Shown here piece by piece: positions 37,990 through 51,777 of a DNA stretch of 64,000 nt (position 1 is its first letter; each line of letters begins with the position of its first letter). Under the pieces are notes generated by a model, which saw only the letters and a list, made by a program, of their open reading frames with translations, was not told the origin of the DNA and searched no databases. This stretch comes from Camelus ferus (lineage: Eukaryota), in assembly GCF_009834535.1 (NCBI RefSeq), contig NC_045696.1, positions 20,400,001-20,464,000 of the forward strand, read 5' to 3'. Made by a program: the position numbers and the translations under genes.

Positions 37990-38272
37990 GATAACTCTAG
38001 GAGAGGAATTGGAGACAATGTGTTCAAGACTATTCTTCCAAGAAGTTTTACTTAGAAAGTGGAGAAAATAAACAGTCTGGTAACTTATGGGGTAGAAATT
38101 TCATCTCACTTATATTCTGAAGAAATGTGGGAGAGATGAAGAGTACTTTTGCAGAATCCTTGGTTAGGTGATATATGATTAGATCTAGTGCACAGTGGAA
38201 GTACTTGCCTTGATTAGGAATATGGATAGTTCATCCATGAATGGAAAACAGAATATGTAGGTATAGATGCAA
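37990..38272 (-). mobile_element. L2 fragment
   Basis: GACTATTCTTCCAAGAAGTTTT...AGATCTAGTGCACAGTGGAAG...GCCTTGATTAGGAATATGGATAGTTCATCC. Confidence 0.55.
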
Positions 38273-38871
38273 AAAATTATTATGATTATAATATGAATGC
38301 GAATGGGTAATAACATTTAAACCTTGAACATGTTACATATTAATAATCATACTGATACTATTACTACTACTAGTTTTGTTAGTGAGCAATTGCTGAGGAA
38401 TGTGAGGTAGGAATTTAACGGGATTAAAAAGAGATGACTTTCATAGTGAATTTCATTCTTAATGACTTTCATTTTTCTTCACGCAATTTCAGTAATTTTG
38501 TATAGCAAGAAAATTTACATGTTTAGGATTAAATCTAGTGAAACATGCATTTACAAGACAAAAAGATTAACCTGTTAAAATATACAAGAATTCCAATTCA
38601 TAAATGAACCTTGTCAGCACACAAAAAAGACTAAAAAATATGGTGTTAATTGAAAAAAAGCTTTATAGAACAATTTAACACTGTGAATAAGATCAAACAG
38701 GCTTGCTTCTGTTTATTGTGTAACAAAATATTATAATGCAAAAATATTTTAAAGAACAACTTTATTTAATTTTTCATCTGCAAGCAGTATAGTTGAAAAT
38801 GTAACTCATGTTTTGACTTGTTTATCTGACATTTATTCATTACTGAGACTTGGAGAGTGAGTGCTAAATAA

Positions 38872-38950
38872 TTAGGTTGAACCACATGAAATTGGTGACA
38901 TTCAACCATTCTGACTTTCAGAAACGACAATTTCTTGTGGTTCAATCTAA
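38872..38950. mobile_element. MADE2 mariner MITE
   Basis: An ~80-bp element with TIRs TTAGGTTGAACCACATGAAATTG / CAATTTCTTGTGGTTCAATCTAA, followed by TA. Confidence 0.85.
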
Positions 38951-40644
38951 TAATATTGTATAAAGAGGATCATTTCTTCTTTTAGTAAGTCCTAGTTTTT
39001 TAGGATACACTTCTAAGCAGAATTCTGTTTAAAAAGAGAGATCATTAAAGATTATTTGTCAGTACATTAGATGTGTGCATGCCTATTTTCTCAAAAACAC
39101 TAAGATTCTGGTCAGTAAGAATCTGGTTGTGAAAAGCAACATATAATATTTAACATCATAAAGCAATAAATTAAAATTTTCTTTGAGTCAGTTCTCCCAT
39201 TTCTAAGGAGAAGATTTCAAGTTATTAGCATCTGAGAAAAATATCTTGTTTTCAATGTAAAGGAGATTATATTTATCAAGTGATTACTGTTTATAAGGTT
39301 GCATTCTAGATATTTTTTAGACATTGTTTAATGTTCAGGCAGTTCATGGAAGTAAATGCTACTATACTCTAAGTTTCAAAGATAAAATATGCTCAGAAAA
39401 TTTGTGCTATTTGTGCAAGGTTATGCTGATGGTTGGGTAGCAGAGTATGAATTACATCAGTCTACCTTGATTCCAAAGCTTGTGTAATACTCCAGAATGA
39501 ATAGCTATTTCCTCGCTGGGTCAGATGTCTCTAAGCGTATTTCCTTTGACTACATGTAGCCATTTGGGAAAATGACTATATCCAGGGTAGGGCTGAAATG
39601 TTAAAGTGAGGTAGAGTTAGGGCAAATATTGCTTTACTTATTAATAATGTGCATGACTGCCCTGTGATTTTAACACTGGGTTTTAGTTTGGGGATTAGAA
39701 GCACCACAGAGTCTTCTCAGTTGGAAAATGAATAGATAACTTTATTATCTGCAAGATGAATTGAGAGAGTCCTCATTTATTTTTGCTGATAATTCCACCA
39801 GCTATTGTGTTAATTACACCTTCAAACCCTACCTTTGGAAAACAAAACCAAAAACAAAAACAAAAACGGAGGAGGTGGAGCTAAACTAGTTTGATCACCC
39901 CTGAGAATCTGGAGAAAAATTACGGAGTCACAGCTAGACTCTAATATTCAAATCTACAGTGGAATATTTGCAGAGTACAGGCCAATTCAACAACAGAGAG
40001 CCAAGGTAACCATTACATCAAAGGATAGCAAAGATGGGAATTGAGGTAATGTTATGAAGTTAGATGGCTGAAGAAGATAGTGGACCAGTATTAGTCTCTT
40101 ATAAAAACTCCTGAATGAGATAAACATCCATTCTGAGTGTTTGGAACCATTCTTTCTACAGACACATTTGATGGAATTTCTAGAACCTTGAAATCACAAC
40201 ACTATTTGGTGAGTTCAAACTCAGAGGAACAAAAACATCTCTGTGAAATTTAAATTGGATTTTTATATCACATATTTGGCACCTCTATTATGTTCATGTT
40301 TATAAATAACAGTAATATGGAATGGTCAAGTTTAATATCAGACTGAGTTTCAATCACATTTTGACATCAAATACTTTGTAAAATAAAATTCTGTTTGTCT
40401 CTATATGAAAGAGATCAGTATATGTTTCCAAACATAAAACCATTTATAGTTTTGGCATACTAATACTACGATTATATTGACTTGGAAAATAAATCAACAT
40501 TCCTTGACTTTCATAATAGAGGGCCAGTTAACACTGACAAAAATATAAAAATCTAGAAAGACCTTGTTCTCCAATTAGGAAAAAAAATTAACAATATATG
40601 ATTATGTAGTTGTAATAAGTTTTATTAATTATGTTAAATTTCTA

Positions 40645-40805
40645 TGAGAATCTACTATGTAAGAGGTTATAAGATATCATTAATACTCTCATTTTATAAA
40701 TGAGGAAGCTGAAGTCAGAAAGCTACAATAATCTGTGACAACTCAAACTGAGTATAATAATTGTGTCAAGATGTGAAGTTTGTGCTCCTTCCAGTGTAAA
40801 CTACC
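40645..40805 (-). mobile_element. MIR SINE
   Basis: CTCATTTTATAAATGAGGAAGCTGAAGTCAGA is the reverse-complemented core. Confidence 0.65.
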
Positions 40806-42807
40806 ACTTCCTTTGAATCTCTTACGTACTCAAGGCGCAAATCACCAAAGAAGTATGGCTAGGAAAATAAAAATAATAGTAATAATACAAGTTAGGTAAA
40901 ATTAAAGTTGATTTAAGATATAGATACGTATTTTTATAGACTATAATGTGTGCATACATAAAATAAATACAAAGGAAGAAGATACTTTTCATGTTAAAGC
41001 AAGTATTCTCTAGTGGTAAGAAGAATTTCTGAAGAATTCTAGAAGATGAGTATAGAATAAGCTAAGGATCATACTGACATATGGACTTAGATTTATATTC
41101 CCGGAGTAGTGATAATTACTGATGCTAAAGAGATTTATTGCTATACTGTTATTAAAAGACTCTGGATCTAATATCATATGTTTCCTAAACACATGTAACA
41201 TTTTAATATTCAACTTTCTCTCTTCCCAAAAGTAATATATACCTAACAAAATCACACACATATAATTATATATTTATCTGCATTGTTTATACTTACATGA
41301 ATATACCTTACATAGTATCATAGATGTGTACGTGTATATATATATTTGATAGAGAGACCACAGCACAGTTTTAGGACCATAACAACTGCAATGACAACTT
41401 TAAGAGAAAATTATTCAAATATCCAAACAGTCCATGCTTATTAAAGGTCTTCAGACTTTTAAAGGTCAGAAGCCTAGAATCTGTACTTGAATGACATTTT
41501 CTAAAGCAATTGTGGTCATTTTTTGTCATTTTCTATAACTTTATCAGTTTCTGCCTGCTAATCATTTTGTTCTGTCTATATAATCAAGGATTCCTTGTAT
41601 CTCATTTATCTCATCATTAGAAGTGATGTCTCTTGAAACACGTCCTTGACTTGATGCCCATGTTTCTTCCCAGGGATCTTCGGATATCAACGATAAAATT
41701 CCCTCCAAATCATTTTTTAAATTCCTTTCCACGCTCAATTTGCCTGCAAACATGTTACCTGTACTTACTCTTTAGGAATCTTCCAATGAGCCTGCTTCTT
41801 CCCTGAAGATCATGTTGTTGGCTATATTCCCAGTCGTATTTCTCAAAATATTATGTCGTTTTTGGCTTCCTCTTCCTCAGGCTAATCCACTAATCACAGA
41901 GAGTTATGTCTACCTCTTCCAACATTCTACACAGCCAGGGCCTCTAAGGTTTCTAATGACTTCTTAATCATAAAGACATTTCTTTTACCACTATTCTGTA
42001 CAACTCCTCTTGTTTGAGGAAGTGGAAAAAGCATAGGCTCTTGAAGGATTCCTACAGGTATTTCAATCCAAATTTTGTTTCCAACCATGTTATTTTCAAT
42101 GGCATTTTCCCCTTTATACACAGAATCTAGATAAAGTAACTTGCAAGGCTGTTGTCTGACTGAAAACAATTTATGAAAATCACCAAATACCAAACATAAT
42201 TCTATGCAATAATTTATAGATTGCATTCCCCCTACCAATCTATGTTTTATTTATTAGATTATAAATTGCAGGAGAGTAAATTGTTTTAATCTTTATATTG
42301 TAATATATTCCCAGGAATTTATATATAGTAGTATCAATAAATGTTATTTAACGTATAACCTTATTTTCCTTCAATCTTGATGTAACTAAACACTCTCTAA
42401 AAAAAACTAGGGGTTCTGTTTTTCAAATTCTCTATAGCACATTCATCTTGAATAGTCACCTGTATGAGGATGGTCCCTAAATTGTATTTCTGGCTTTGAA
42501 ATCTTGAGTTAAAGTCTTACCTGTTTTAGTTCATTGATAGTGTATTTGTACTTCAAACTGAAAATAAACTCTTCTGTTAACATCCCAGGATGCTCCCATT
42601 CTCTCAGGCACTGTTTGCCCAGACATACGCAATCTGTGACTAAGTTCAGAAAATTAAAATGCAAATTGCATCTCTTATAAATGTATGCCTCTTTCATTAT
42701 TTTTTGGCCAACATTCTAGCTTCTGCTCTTGTTTTCTTTTATCTCAGAATATTGGGAATGACTGGTGATCGCTTGTTTTCTTTTTTTGTTATGGTTATAT
42801 ACTTCTG

Positions 42808-42995
42808 GTTTTTCTTTACTTTTATTGTGATTAAAACACTTGGTATATGATCTATCATCTTAGCAAAATTTCAAGTGTATAAAACATTGCTTTTGACTGC
42901 GGGTACAATGTTATACAGCAGATCTCCAGAACTAATTCATCTTGCAAAACTGAAACTTTATGCACATTGATTAGTAACTCCTCATTTACTCCTCT
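42808..42995 (-). mobile_element. L1MA8/9-like extreme 3' end
   Basis: T-rich tail, then AAATTTCAAGTGTATAA...ACAATGTTATACAGCAGATCTCCAGAACTAATTCATCTTGC...AACTGAAACTTTAT. Confidence 0.8.
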
Positions 42996-42997
42996 GC

Positions 42998-43495
42998 AAT
43001 GGTAGAGAAACTGGTTATCCACCTGCTAAAGAATGAAACTGGACCCTTATCTTACATAATACACAAGAATCAACTCAAAATGGACAAAGACTTGAATAAA
43101 AGACTTGAAACTGTATAACTCCTAGAAGAAAACACAGAGGAAAAGCTTCATGACATCTGTCTGCACATTATTTCATATATAATAACAAAATAAACAAATG
43201 GTACTACATCAAACTAAAAGTTTGGGCATAGCAAAGAAAACAATCAACAGAGTGAAAAGACAGCCTATAATGGGAGAAAATATTTACAAACCATGTATCT
43301 GATAAAGGGTTAATCTCAAAAATATATAAAGAAATCCTACAGCTCAAAAGCAAAAAAAACAATAACTCAATTGAAAAACAGACTAAGGATTTGACTGGAC
43401 ATTTCTTCAAAGAAAATATATAAATGGCCAACAGGTATATGGGAAAAAGAATGCTCAAGGTCACTAATAATTAGAGAAACCAAACCTACAGTGAT
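42998..43495 (+). mobile_element. L1 ORF2 fragment, inverted relative to the adjacent 3' end
   Basis: GAATGAAACTGGACCCTTATCTTAC...CAAAGAAAACAATCAACAGAGTGAAAAGACAGCCTA...GGCCAACAGGTATATG. Confidence 0.85.
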
Positions 43496-44559
43496 TTCCC
43501 ATTTTCTACTGAACATAACTAAAGATCATTATTTGATCCCAGCCTGTCCTCACATCACCAGTCCTTCATATTGCTGCTCCCTCTTAAAAATAACATATCT
43601 CAGCCACATGGGACTAGTCAGGATTTACCAAGATAGCCTTGGTAAATTTCCATCTTGATTTCCATCCTTCAATTACTGCTCGAATATTTCCCTTCTCATT
43701 TCTATCCATGTTTTCTTGAAAGCTACACATCCTGCAAGGCTTAGGCTTAGCTCTAATGCCCCATCTACATTCAAACTTTCTTAGAATACCAGCATGAAGT
43801 CAATGTTGGCTTACGTGGCCTTCTGTAACATTTTTGGGGGGGAACAGTTGGAATGGACAGTGGTGAGGGAGTATTTATCACTATTTTAATTCTACACATT
43901 ATCTGTATTTTATCTCCACTGATCTTTTGTTAATACTTGGAACCATGAACTCAGTCATAGATGTACTTGTATGTCTGAAATTTTTGAAGAATGTATTTTG
44001 TGCACCCATTTATAATCTCTGTGTAGATCTTTATAATTTATAAATTATTTTGGCATATATCATACCAATTTGTTTTTTGTTATAAAAGCTTTATGGGTCA
44101 GAGACATAAAAATGGGATAGAATACTACATGACAAGGCAATTGTGGTGAGATCAAAACACATTTTATTCTCATTTAATCAATACTAAAACTGTGGCTTGA
44201 AATATTTGCAGGCTTGTAAAGTAACACAGCCATATGAGTAGAGGTTCAAAAATCATTTCACAATTATTTTAACTCTAATAGTTGGGAACATGAAATACAA
44301 AATAAATGTGTCACTTTTCATGAAGGTATAGCTTTGTTTTATATTAACACGTAAGCATAATTGCCTACTTTGCTTTGAGGGATGTAGAGGCTCAGTGTGG
44401 CTATTAGCTGTATTCTCATATCATGTCAGCCTGGATCACTGATTCCACAGCATGTATGGTATAGAATAAATTTTACGTGCATGAGTTAAAACAGAGGTTC
44501 TATTAGTTTATTTATTCGATTATTAATTATTAAATCACATTCTTCTTATCCTAATATAG

Positions 44560-47500
44560 TTTGCAATCTTGCAATTCTAACCATTTGACTATGGATTCTT
44601 TTAGGCTTCCTATGTAATAAGCTTATCCTTACTTTGCAAAATCAACTTTTTTCCCCCAACAAGATGCTTTTTATTTTGGGCTTATTTATTTGCTCTTATT
44701 TGCTAAGTGTTTAATATAAGAAATATAGTGGACATACTTTACTTGTTTCCGATTTTGGATGGAAGGCTTATAAAAATTTACAAGTAAATATGATATTTGT
44801 AAGTTTTTATCAGTTTATCAGGTTAACAAAATTACTTTTGTCATTCTATTTAGGATTCTTTTTTATTTAATTGTAAATGGGTATGAATATGATGTAATAA
44901 TTCTCTAAATGCATTAAAATCAACATGATCGATTTTCTTTAATCTTCTAATATAGAGAATTGTATCAGTGGATTTTTAAATATTCATCCAATTTTGAAAT
45001 ATGAGGGAAATGTTATTTCTCTAATATTATTGTCTATTTTTTAATTTATGAGAATATTAACCTGTAATTTCCTTTTCTTCTAAGGTTTTTGTATCAGATC
45101 TATAGGAGATTCATAAAATTAAAGATATTTGTTACTATTCTTGTTTAATACTCCAAACAAGTTTTTGAAAGCTAATATTTTTTCTTCTTGAATATTTGGT
45201 AGATAGAATTCATCACTAAAATGACTGGAGCATGATAACTTTTTTATGAATGCTTAAGTATTGCTTTTGTTATCTAACAATGCAGAACTACTCACATTAT
45301 CTATTTTTAGTGAATTATAGACTTTTTAATTTTTTACAACAATTTCCTGGGCTTTTTTTTTAGTTTTAATTTTAGTTTTTTCCTTTCCAATTCTTTGTTA
45401 CCACCAAGCTGATTTCTCACGGGGTTACATCCCATTATAAGCTGCTCACTCAAAGTGTCCTGTGTCCCCTGAGTCCAGGTCCTCAACATCAAGATCTCAG
45501 TAGAATACAGTGTACAGTTTGGAAGCAATGGGTCCACAGTGTTCAGCAATTTGCCCTCCTCACACAGAGACAGCTGTCTTAGACAATTTTCACTTAAAGC
45601 AACTTTTTCTTATTTGCTAACACAAAGTTTGTTATGACATTTTCTCATTAACTTTCAATATTTCTATTACATCTTTAGTTTTGTCTTTCAGCTCTTATAT
45701 TTCTTCTTCAATGCTGTTAGATGTTAGCTGATTTTATTAAACTAAGAATTACAAGAACTTAAAATTGTTGATTCTCCATTTTCTTAACTCCTACATATTG
45801 CCTTTGTTTTCTTACTCCCTTTTAAATTCTTAAGTTTGAGACTTAATGTGGCTTTTCTAAATAAATATTTAAAAATAAAATGACCTATCTTGTTAAATAT
45901 GCTTCCATAAGCTTTTACATATGATATTTCTGCTAACAATCAAATGTAAATAAATTCTAACTTTCATTATTATTTATTCTTTTACCTGTGCTTGGTTTCA
46001 ACATGTTTTACTTTTCAAATTATTTTTTAAGTTTTTTTTAATTGATTTCAAAGTCAGAGAGAGATCTGTATCTTATCACTTTTTTTAATCACTTAAGTTT
46101 TCTTTACTGATTAATACAAGGTTAATTTTCAAATGTATTGTAAGTTTGAGAAAACAATGTACATTCCCCAGCTATTGAGTGGAATGTTCACATATGCTCA
46201 TTTGATTATATTTCTTGTGTACTTCACATCTTCAGTTTTCTGACTGATTATTTTGTTTGATTTACCATTAAATTCTAGGAAATATGTGTTAAAATTACTC
46301 AGTATGATTCTGAATTTTTTTCCATTTCTACTTGGAATTCTGTCATTTTGTTCCATTTACTTTCAAGCTAATATCAGGCACATTTTTCCTTAAGATGGTT
46401 ATATCCTCTTTTTAAATCAAATACTTACCATTATGTAGTGATATTTTTTACATTAATGTATATAATTTATCTGATTTTTCCATATCATTTTACCTACACG
46501 TCTTATTTTATTTAGTATCTGTAAATATGTCTATTTTTTCTGTTGACATAAATAATTTTTTCTGGCAGCTTATGTATGATTCAAACTGCAATATTTATAA
46601 AAGTATGTTGTAAATTTCATATTATAAAAAAATTAAAAGTTATTGTAAGATAAAAACCCAAGCAATATATCTATTTGTTTCTTAGAATATTACACAGATA
46701 TAGGATAGACATATGTATGTTATAATTAAGCACAATATTAAACTATATTACCAAATTCCCTGGTAATCAAGCATAATACATTTAATGTAATCATACTGGA
46801 TGAGTGCAAATATGTCTCTTTTAAGCAGCATACAGCTGGGTTATTTTTTAAATTCCAGAATTTTTTTAAAACAATCTTACTTCATATTATATTTCTGATA
46901 AGTTCAGTATCTGTTAGCTCAAGGGTTAATGTTTAATGTTTCTATTATCTCTCTCTAATGGTGGCTTTTTTTGCATGTGCTTTGTGATTTACTGTTTGAG
47001 TCTAGGATTTGTAAACACTTTTAAGGGAATTTTTGAGATTTGTTTAAGGTAAATTTTGCTTTTGTTTCTCCCAAGGAAATGGAGGCACTATTTAATTGAG
47101 GTCTATTTAAATCAAATTATCCACTTAGGTTTTTCTGCAAGCAGGTGTGGTATAAATTCTAGTCCCAGAACTATTTGAGAATAGTCATGCATTTAGGAAA
47201 TGTTAGTTCTTTTTACATTTTTTTATTTAGAACCAAGGCTGAGATAGACAATTTGCTCAGTCTTTACCCCTGTGAGATAGATATTTTATTTCTAACAAAC
47301 AGGACCTCAGGGTTGTCTCCTGTGTCCAAGTTCTAAATCATAAAGGAATGTATATGCCCTAGGAGCTGGGCTTTGGTATTGCTAAATTACCTCCTTAAAT
47401 CCATGCTGTCTGTAACTTTTTATCTTTTGAGTATTTTTCTCAATTTCTTGCCACCTCAGATATTTGTGTTTATATACATTCATATACATACTGTTATTTC

Positions 47501-47570
47501 TTCATATCTGACCACAAAGCATATATTTTCTAAGTATTCTCATTCCTGTACTAAATTTTTAATGTATATT
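44560..47570 (-). mobile_element. Very old, deleted L1 (L1M/L1ME-like)
   Basis: T-rich plus strand with antisense ORF2 motifs (TTGAATATTTGGTAGATAGAATTCATCACTAAAATGACTGG; GTCAGAGAGAGATCTGTAT; GTGGAATGTTC). Boundaries approximate. Confidence 0.65.
45348..45582 (-). pseudogene. Candidate 5'-truncated retrocopy of unidentified origin
   Basis: A GC-richer ~190-bp non-L1 block plus a T-rich (minus-strand poly-A) tail interrupts the old L1. Degenerate flanking repeats ACAATTT(C/T)C are present. Parent not recognised. Confidence 0.45.
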
Positions 47571-48759
47571 TCTTAATCATTAAATCTTTAGGGCAATTCC
47601 TCCTTGTCGTTATGCTACAATAGCTGTCATTCAGTTTATTATCTATTTTTTGAAACGGTGAGTGTATAGTCACACAAAGTCAATTATTTTGCCATTAGCC
47701 CCCTGTTTACTGCTAGTTTCTCTCTCTCAAATTTAATGCTAGAAGACAGAATCTTACGATAGTCAGTTCAAATTCACATGGTTGAAATTCATCTAGTGTG
47801 TGAAGAGATATGCAAATACCCATATAAGTTTGAACCATAAATACAAATATCTCCAGAATATCCTTATGTCAAGCCTTTACATTTAGTATTCACACATGCC
47901 TTGACTACCTCACCTTAATTTCTTGCAGGGGATTGCTGTCTTGAAATTGATTTTAAAATGACTTTTATTCCAGTGTGAGGAGAGCAAATGATTTTTGATT
48001 GGCACATAACCTTTGTCCTTGAACTAAGTCTGAGTTTTTGTACAGGGAGGCAGATTTTTACTACAGTTATTAGGATATAGTATTTTAACTCCAGACCTTT
48101 ACTTTAGAAGCTTATCTGCATGACCATGTTTCAGTATTTTCCAGTTGATCTCGCAATTCCATTATAATGGCAATGAGCATTGTCACAAGCTGTTACGCCA
48201 CGTTTTTTCACTGTCACTGGAGAAACCATGCACCCCTCACTTTTCCCTTGGCCCTTCCTGCTTAGCTGAGCCCTACAGATTAGAAAACCTGGTAAGGTGG
48301 GGCTGTAATATTAATTCATGGGAGAATTACTTCTCCTATTATTCTTTTACTTCTCATAGGCTATAAATTTACTGAACCAAAAAGAGATTAAAAAGTTAAA
48401 TTTTAGCTCTAAATTATGCCCTGCAAGTCACAGAGCAGTAAAATACACTTAAAGCTGTGAAGGCACTAAGGGAGTCATCATAATTTGATGTTGCTAAGAG
48501 CTACCAGGACATTTAAAGAGGAGAATTAAGGGTAGTATAGTATACCTAATATGAATAAAAAATAAGATCATAGTAAAAGAGAGAAAAATGTTGCAAAGAA
48601 AGGATGAAGACATCTTGGTGGGCCTGTCTTCTTCTTAGATAGTTAATTCTTTATTTGTGAGTGGGTCTGTTTTTACTTTTTATGAATAAAAATAATGCTT
48701 TCTACACTTTTCATTGTACTCTTTTTGTTCAGGTCTCCAACTTGTATCCAAAAAATAGC

Positions 48760-48960
48760 AGACTGTAGTTGAAAAACTATGTATTTTGGACTCGGGCATA
48801 TCTAGAGTTACATGTTAAGTCTTCAGCTAATATACTGCATGTTCTTGGGCAGTTCTGTTAATCATACTAAATCTGTTTATTATGTTTCAGTATTGTTCTG
48901 AAATGAAGTATATAAGATACCTAGCATAGAGAAGGTGTCATATATAGGTACAAGGATTAG
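48760..48960 (+). mobile_element. MIR SINE (decayed)
   Basis: TTTTGGACTCGGGCATATCTAGAGTTACAT...TGTTCTTGGGCAGTTCTGTTAATC. Confidence 0.5.
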
Positions 48961-49629
48961 TATAAACGTTTTTAATCTTCATTTCTTCTAAAGCTATCCA
49001 TAGTAGCTAAACTACCCCTGAAATCCTTATATTATATGTATGGATCAAAGGAACCAAATAATAATTATATATGCTCCCTTCATCTTCAGTTGGAAGCCTG
49101 ATTCATCCACAGACCCTATTACAAATAACCGTAAATATTTACAAACGAATTAGATAAAGATAACACCACCTTAAGTTCAATATTTCATTTAAAATATAAA
49201 TAGCATTTTTCTTAACTACAAAAACATTATTTAGGTCTCTGAATAGACACCATAAACGCAATTTTGAAACTAAAAACATTAATTACACCTGTTTTGTTTC
49301 AAAAAGTTACTAATTTCACTGTAAATAATGAACGCTTCAGTCCAAAGACCTATGTGAGGTTTTTTAGGGATTCAAGGATTTCTCACTAATTTATAAGCAG
49401 CAATAAGCACAGCATAAGATTTCCCATAAGAACTGAAACTGTCTCAAGATGGCCCTGGGGATCTCAGCCCCAAGAAGTCATGACCTCCACTCTATACATC
49501 ACAATTAATATGAAATTTTCCAGTTTCAGCAGTACTCTGTTCTTTCAAAAAACATTACATATTTCTACAAAATACTGATTTTTATTTTGTATTCCATTGC
49601 TTCTAGTACTATACAGTTTTCCAGGGTAT

Positions 49630-49790
49630 CAGTGTAGTCCTGACTTTTCCACTTACAACTGAGTGAGCTTAGGCAAAATTAACTTAAGCTCTGTGTGCTT
49701 CAATTTATTCACTTTAGGGATAATAATAGTACCTCCCACAAGGAGATGTTGGGAAGATTAAACAAGTTATTGTATATTAAGTGTTTATAA
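49630..49790 (+). mobile_element. MIR SINE
   Basis: CCACTTACAACTGAGTGAGCTTAGGCAAAATTAACTTAAGCTCTGTGTGCTTCAATTT...GGGATAATAATAGTACCTCCC...TTGGGAAGATTAAA. Confidence 0.8.
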
Positions 49791-49884
49791 CATTAAATTA
49801 AGTAAAATAAAACTGGAAGGTGGATAGGAGAGAGACTTGGGGGTAGCTTACATTATTAAAAGGATTAGTCTTTAAGAGCTAGAA

Positions 49885-50147
49885 TGTCTTCATCACTGGA
49901 CTTCTTTGACAATTACTCAAAGTAAGAAATATATTTTATATCACAGTCCTAGAAAACCATATGTGTATACGTATACACACAAATAAAAGTGTCATAAATA
50001 ATATTTTAAATTCTACATGATGTCCACTGATGTTTTTAATTATTCTATTCTAGTCTGTTTTGTTGAAAAACAAATCCTGGCTCCCTCCATTAGATTAATT
50101 TTATAACCCACAAATGTGTTACAACAACTAGATTAAAAACAATAGTC
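49885..50147. mobile_element. hAT-Charlie-type non-autonomous DNA transposon relic
   Basis: AGTAAGAAATATATTTTATATCACAGTCC...TTCTATTCTAGTC...TTAATTTTATAACCCACAAATGTGTTACAAC...AAAAACAATAG. Confidence 0.55.
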
Positions 50148-50350
50148 TATCAGTCCTTAGATACACTAACTACTTCCAGGGCACCTTCTCTTCTGAACTT
50201 TAACCCCTTTCCCTGAACTCCCTCTTTCTCTCTCTCTACTCTCCATATGGTAGGCTATATGCTGGCTGAGAAATTGGTATGCTTGCACTTTCAGCTTTAG
50301 AGGTCACATAGCAGTGACACTTCTCTAACCAGCTTCAAAACAGAATCTGA

Positions 50351-51777
50351 GAACTAGAACAAATCGTAATAAAATTTATATGGAACTACAAAAGACCTAG
50401 AATTGCCAAAGCATTACTGAAGAAAAAGAAAGAGGCTAGAGGAATAACTCTCCCAGACTTCAGACAATACTATAGAGCTATAGTAATCAAGACAGCATGG
50501 TATTGGTACAAAAACTGACATATAGACCAATGGAACAGAATAAAGAGCTCAGAAATGAAGCCACAAACTTTTGGTCAACTAATCTTCAGCAAAGGAGGCA
50601 AGAATATACAATGGAATAAAGACAGTCTCTTCAGCAAATGGTGTTGGGAAAACTGGACAGCAGCATGTAAAGCAATGAAGCTAGAACACTCCCTTACACC
50701 ATACACAAAAATAAACTCAAAATGGATCAAAGACTTAAACATAAGACAAGATACAAAAAACCTCCTAGAAGAAAATATAGGCAAAACATTATCTGACATA
50801 CATCTCAAAACTATTCTCCTAGGACAGTCTACCCAAGCAATAGAAATAAAAGCAAGAATAAACAAATGGGACCTAATTAAATTTACAAGCTTTTGCACAG
50901 CAAAGGAAACCATAAGTAAAACAAATCGATAACCTACAGAATGGGAAAAAATTTTTGCAAGTGAAACTGACAAAGGCTTGATCTCCAGTATATATAAGCA
51001 GCTCATACGACTTAATAAGAAAAAAACAAACAACCCAATCCAAAAATGGGCAGAAGACCTAAACAAGCAATTCTCCAAGGAAAAAATACAAATGATCATA
51101 GGCACATGAGAAAATGCTCAATATCACTAATTATCAGAGAAAGGCAAATCAAAACTACAATGAGGTATGAACTGGCACCAGTCAGAATGGCCATCATTCA
51201 AAAGTCTACAAATGACAAATGCTGGAGAGGCTGTGGAGAAAAGGGAACCCTCCTACACTGCTGGTGGAATGCAGTTTGGCGCAGCCACTGTGGAAAACAG
51301 TATGGAAATTCCTCAAAAGACTAGGAATAGACTTACCATATGATCCAGTCATCCTGGGCATCCAGAAGGAACCCTAATTCAAAAAGACACCTGCATCCCA
51401 ATGTTCATAGCAGCACTATTTACAATAGCCAAGACATGGAAACAACCTAAATGTCCATCAACAGATGACTGGATAAATAAGAAGTGGTATATTTATACAA
51501 TGGAATACTATTCAGCCATAAAAACCGACAACATAATGTCATTTGCAGCAACACAGATGTTCCTGGAGAATGTCATTCTAAGTGAAGTAAGCCAGAAAGA
51601 GAAAGAAAAATACCATATGAGATCACTCATATGTGGAATCTAAAAAAAAAACAAAAACATAAATACAAACCAGAAATATATTCATAGACATAGAATACAA
51701 ACTTGTGGTTGCCAAGGGGGCAGGAGGTGGGAAGGGACAGACTGGGATTTCAAAATGTAGAATAGATAAACAAGATT
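50351..51777 (+). mobile_element. Young camelid-type L1: ORF2 C-terminal third and partial 3'UTR, no poly(A)
   Basis: ORFs 50555-50932 ([28 protein letters not shown]...INKWDLIK), 51046-51324 ([17 protein letters not shown]) and 51401-51643 (MFIAALFTIAKTWKQPKCPS...) are L1 ORF2 pieces separated by stops and frameshifts. Confidence 0.96.

Noticed and set aside
50575..51105. Longest ORF (176 aa, minus strand)
   Set aside because: It is the antisense frame of L1 ORF2, a common by-product of L1 sequence composition.
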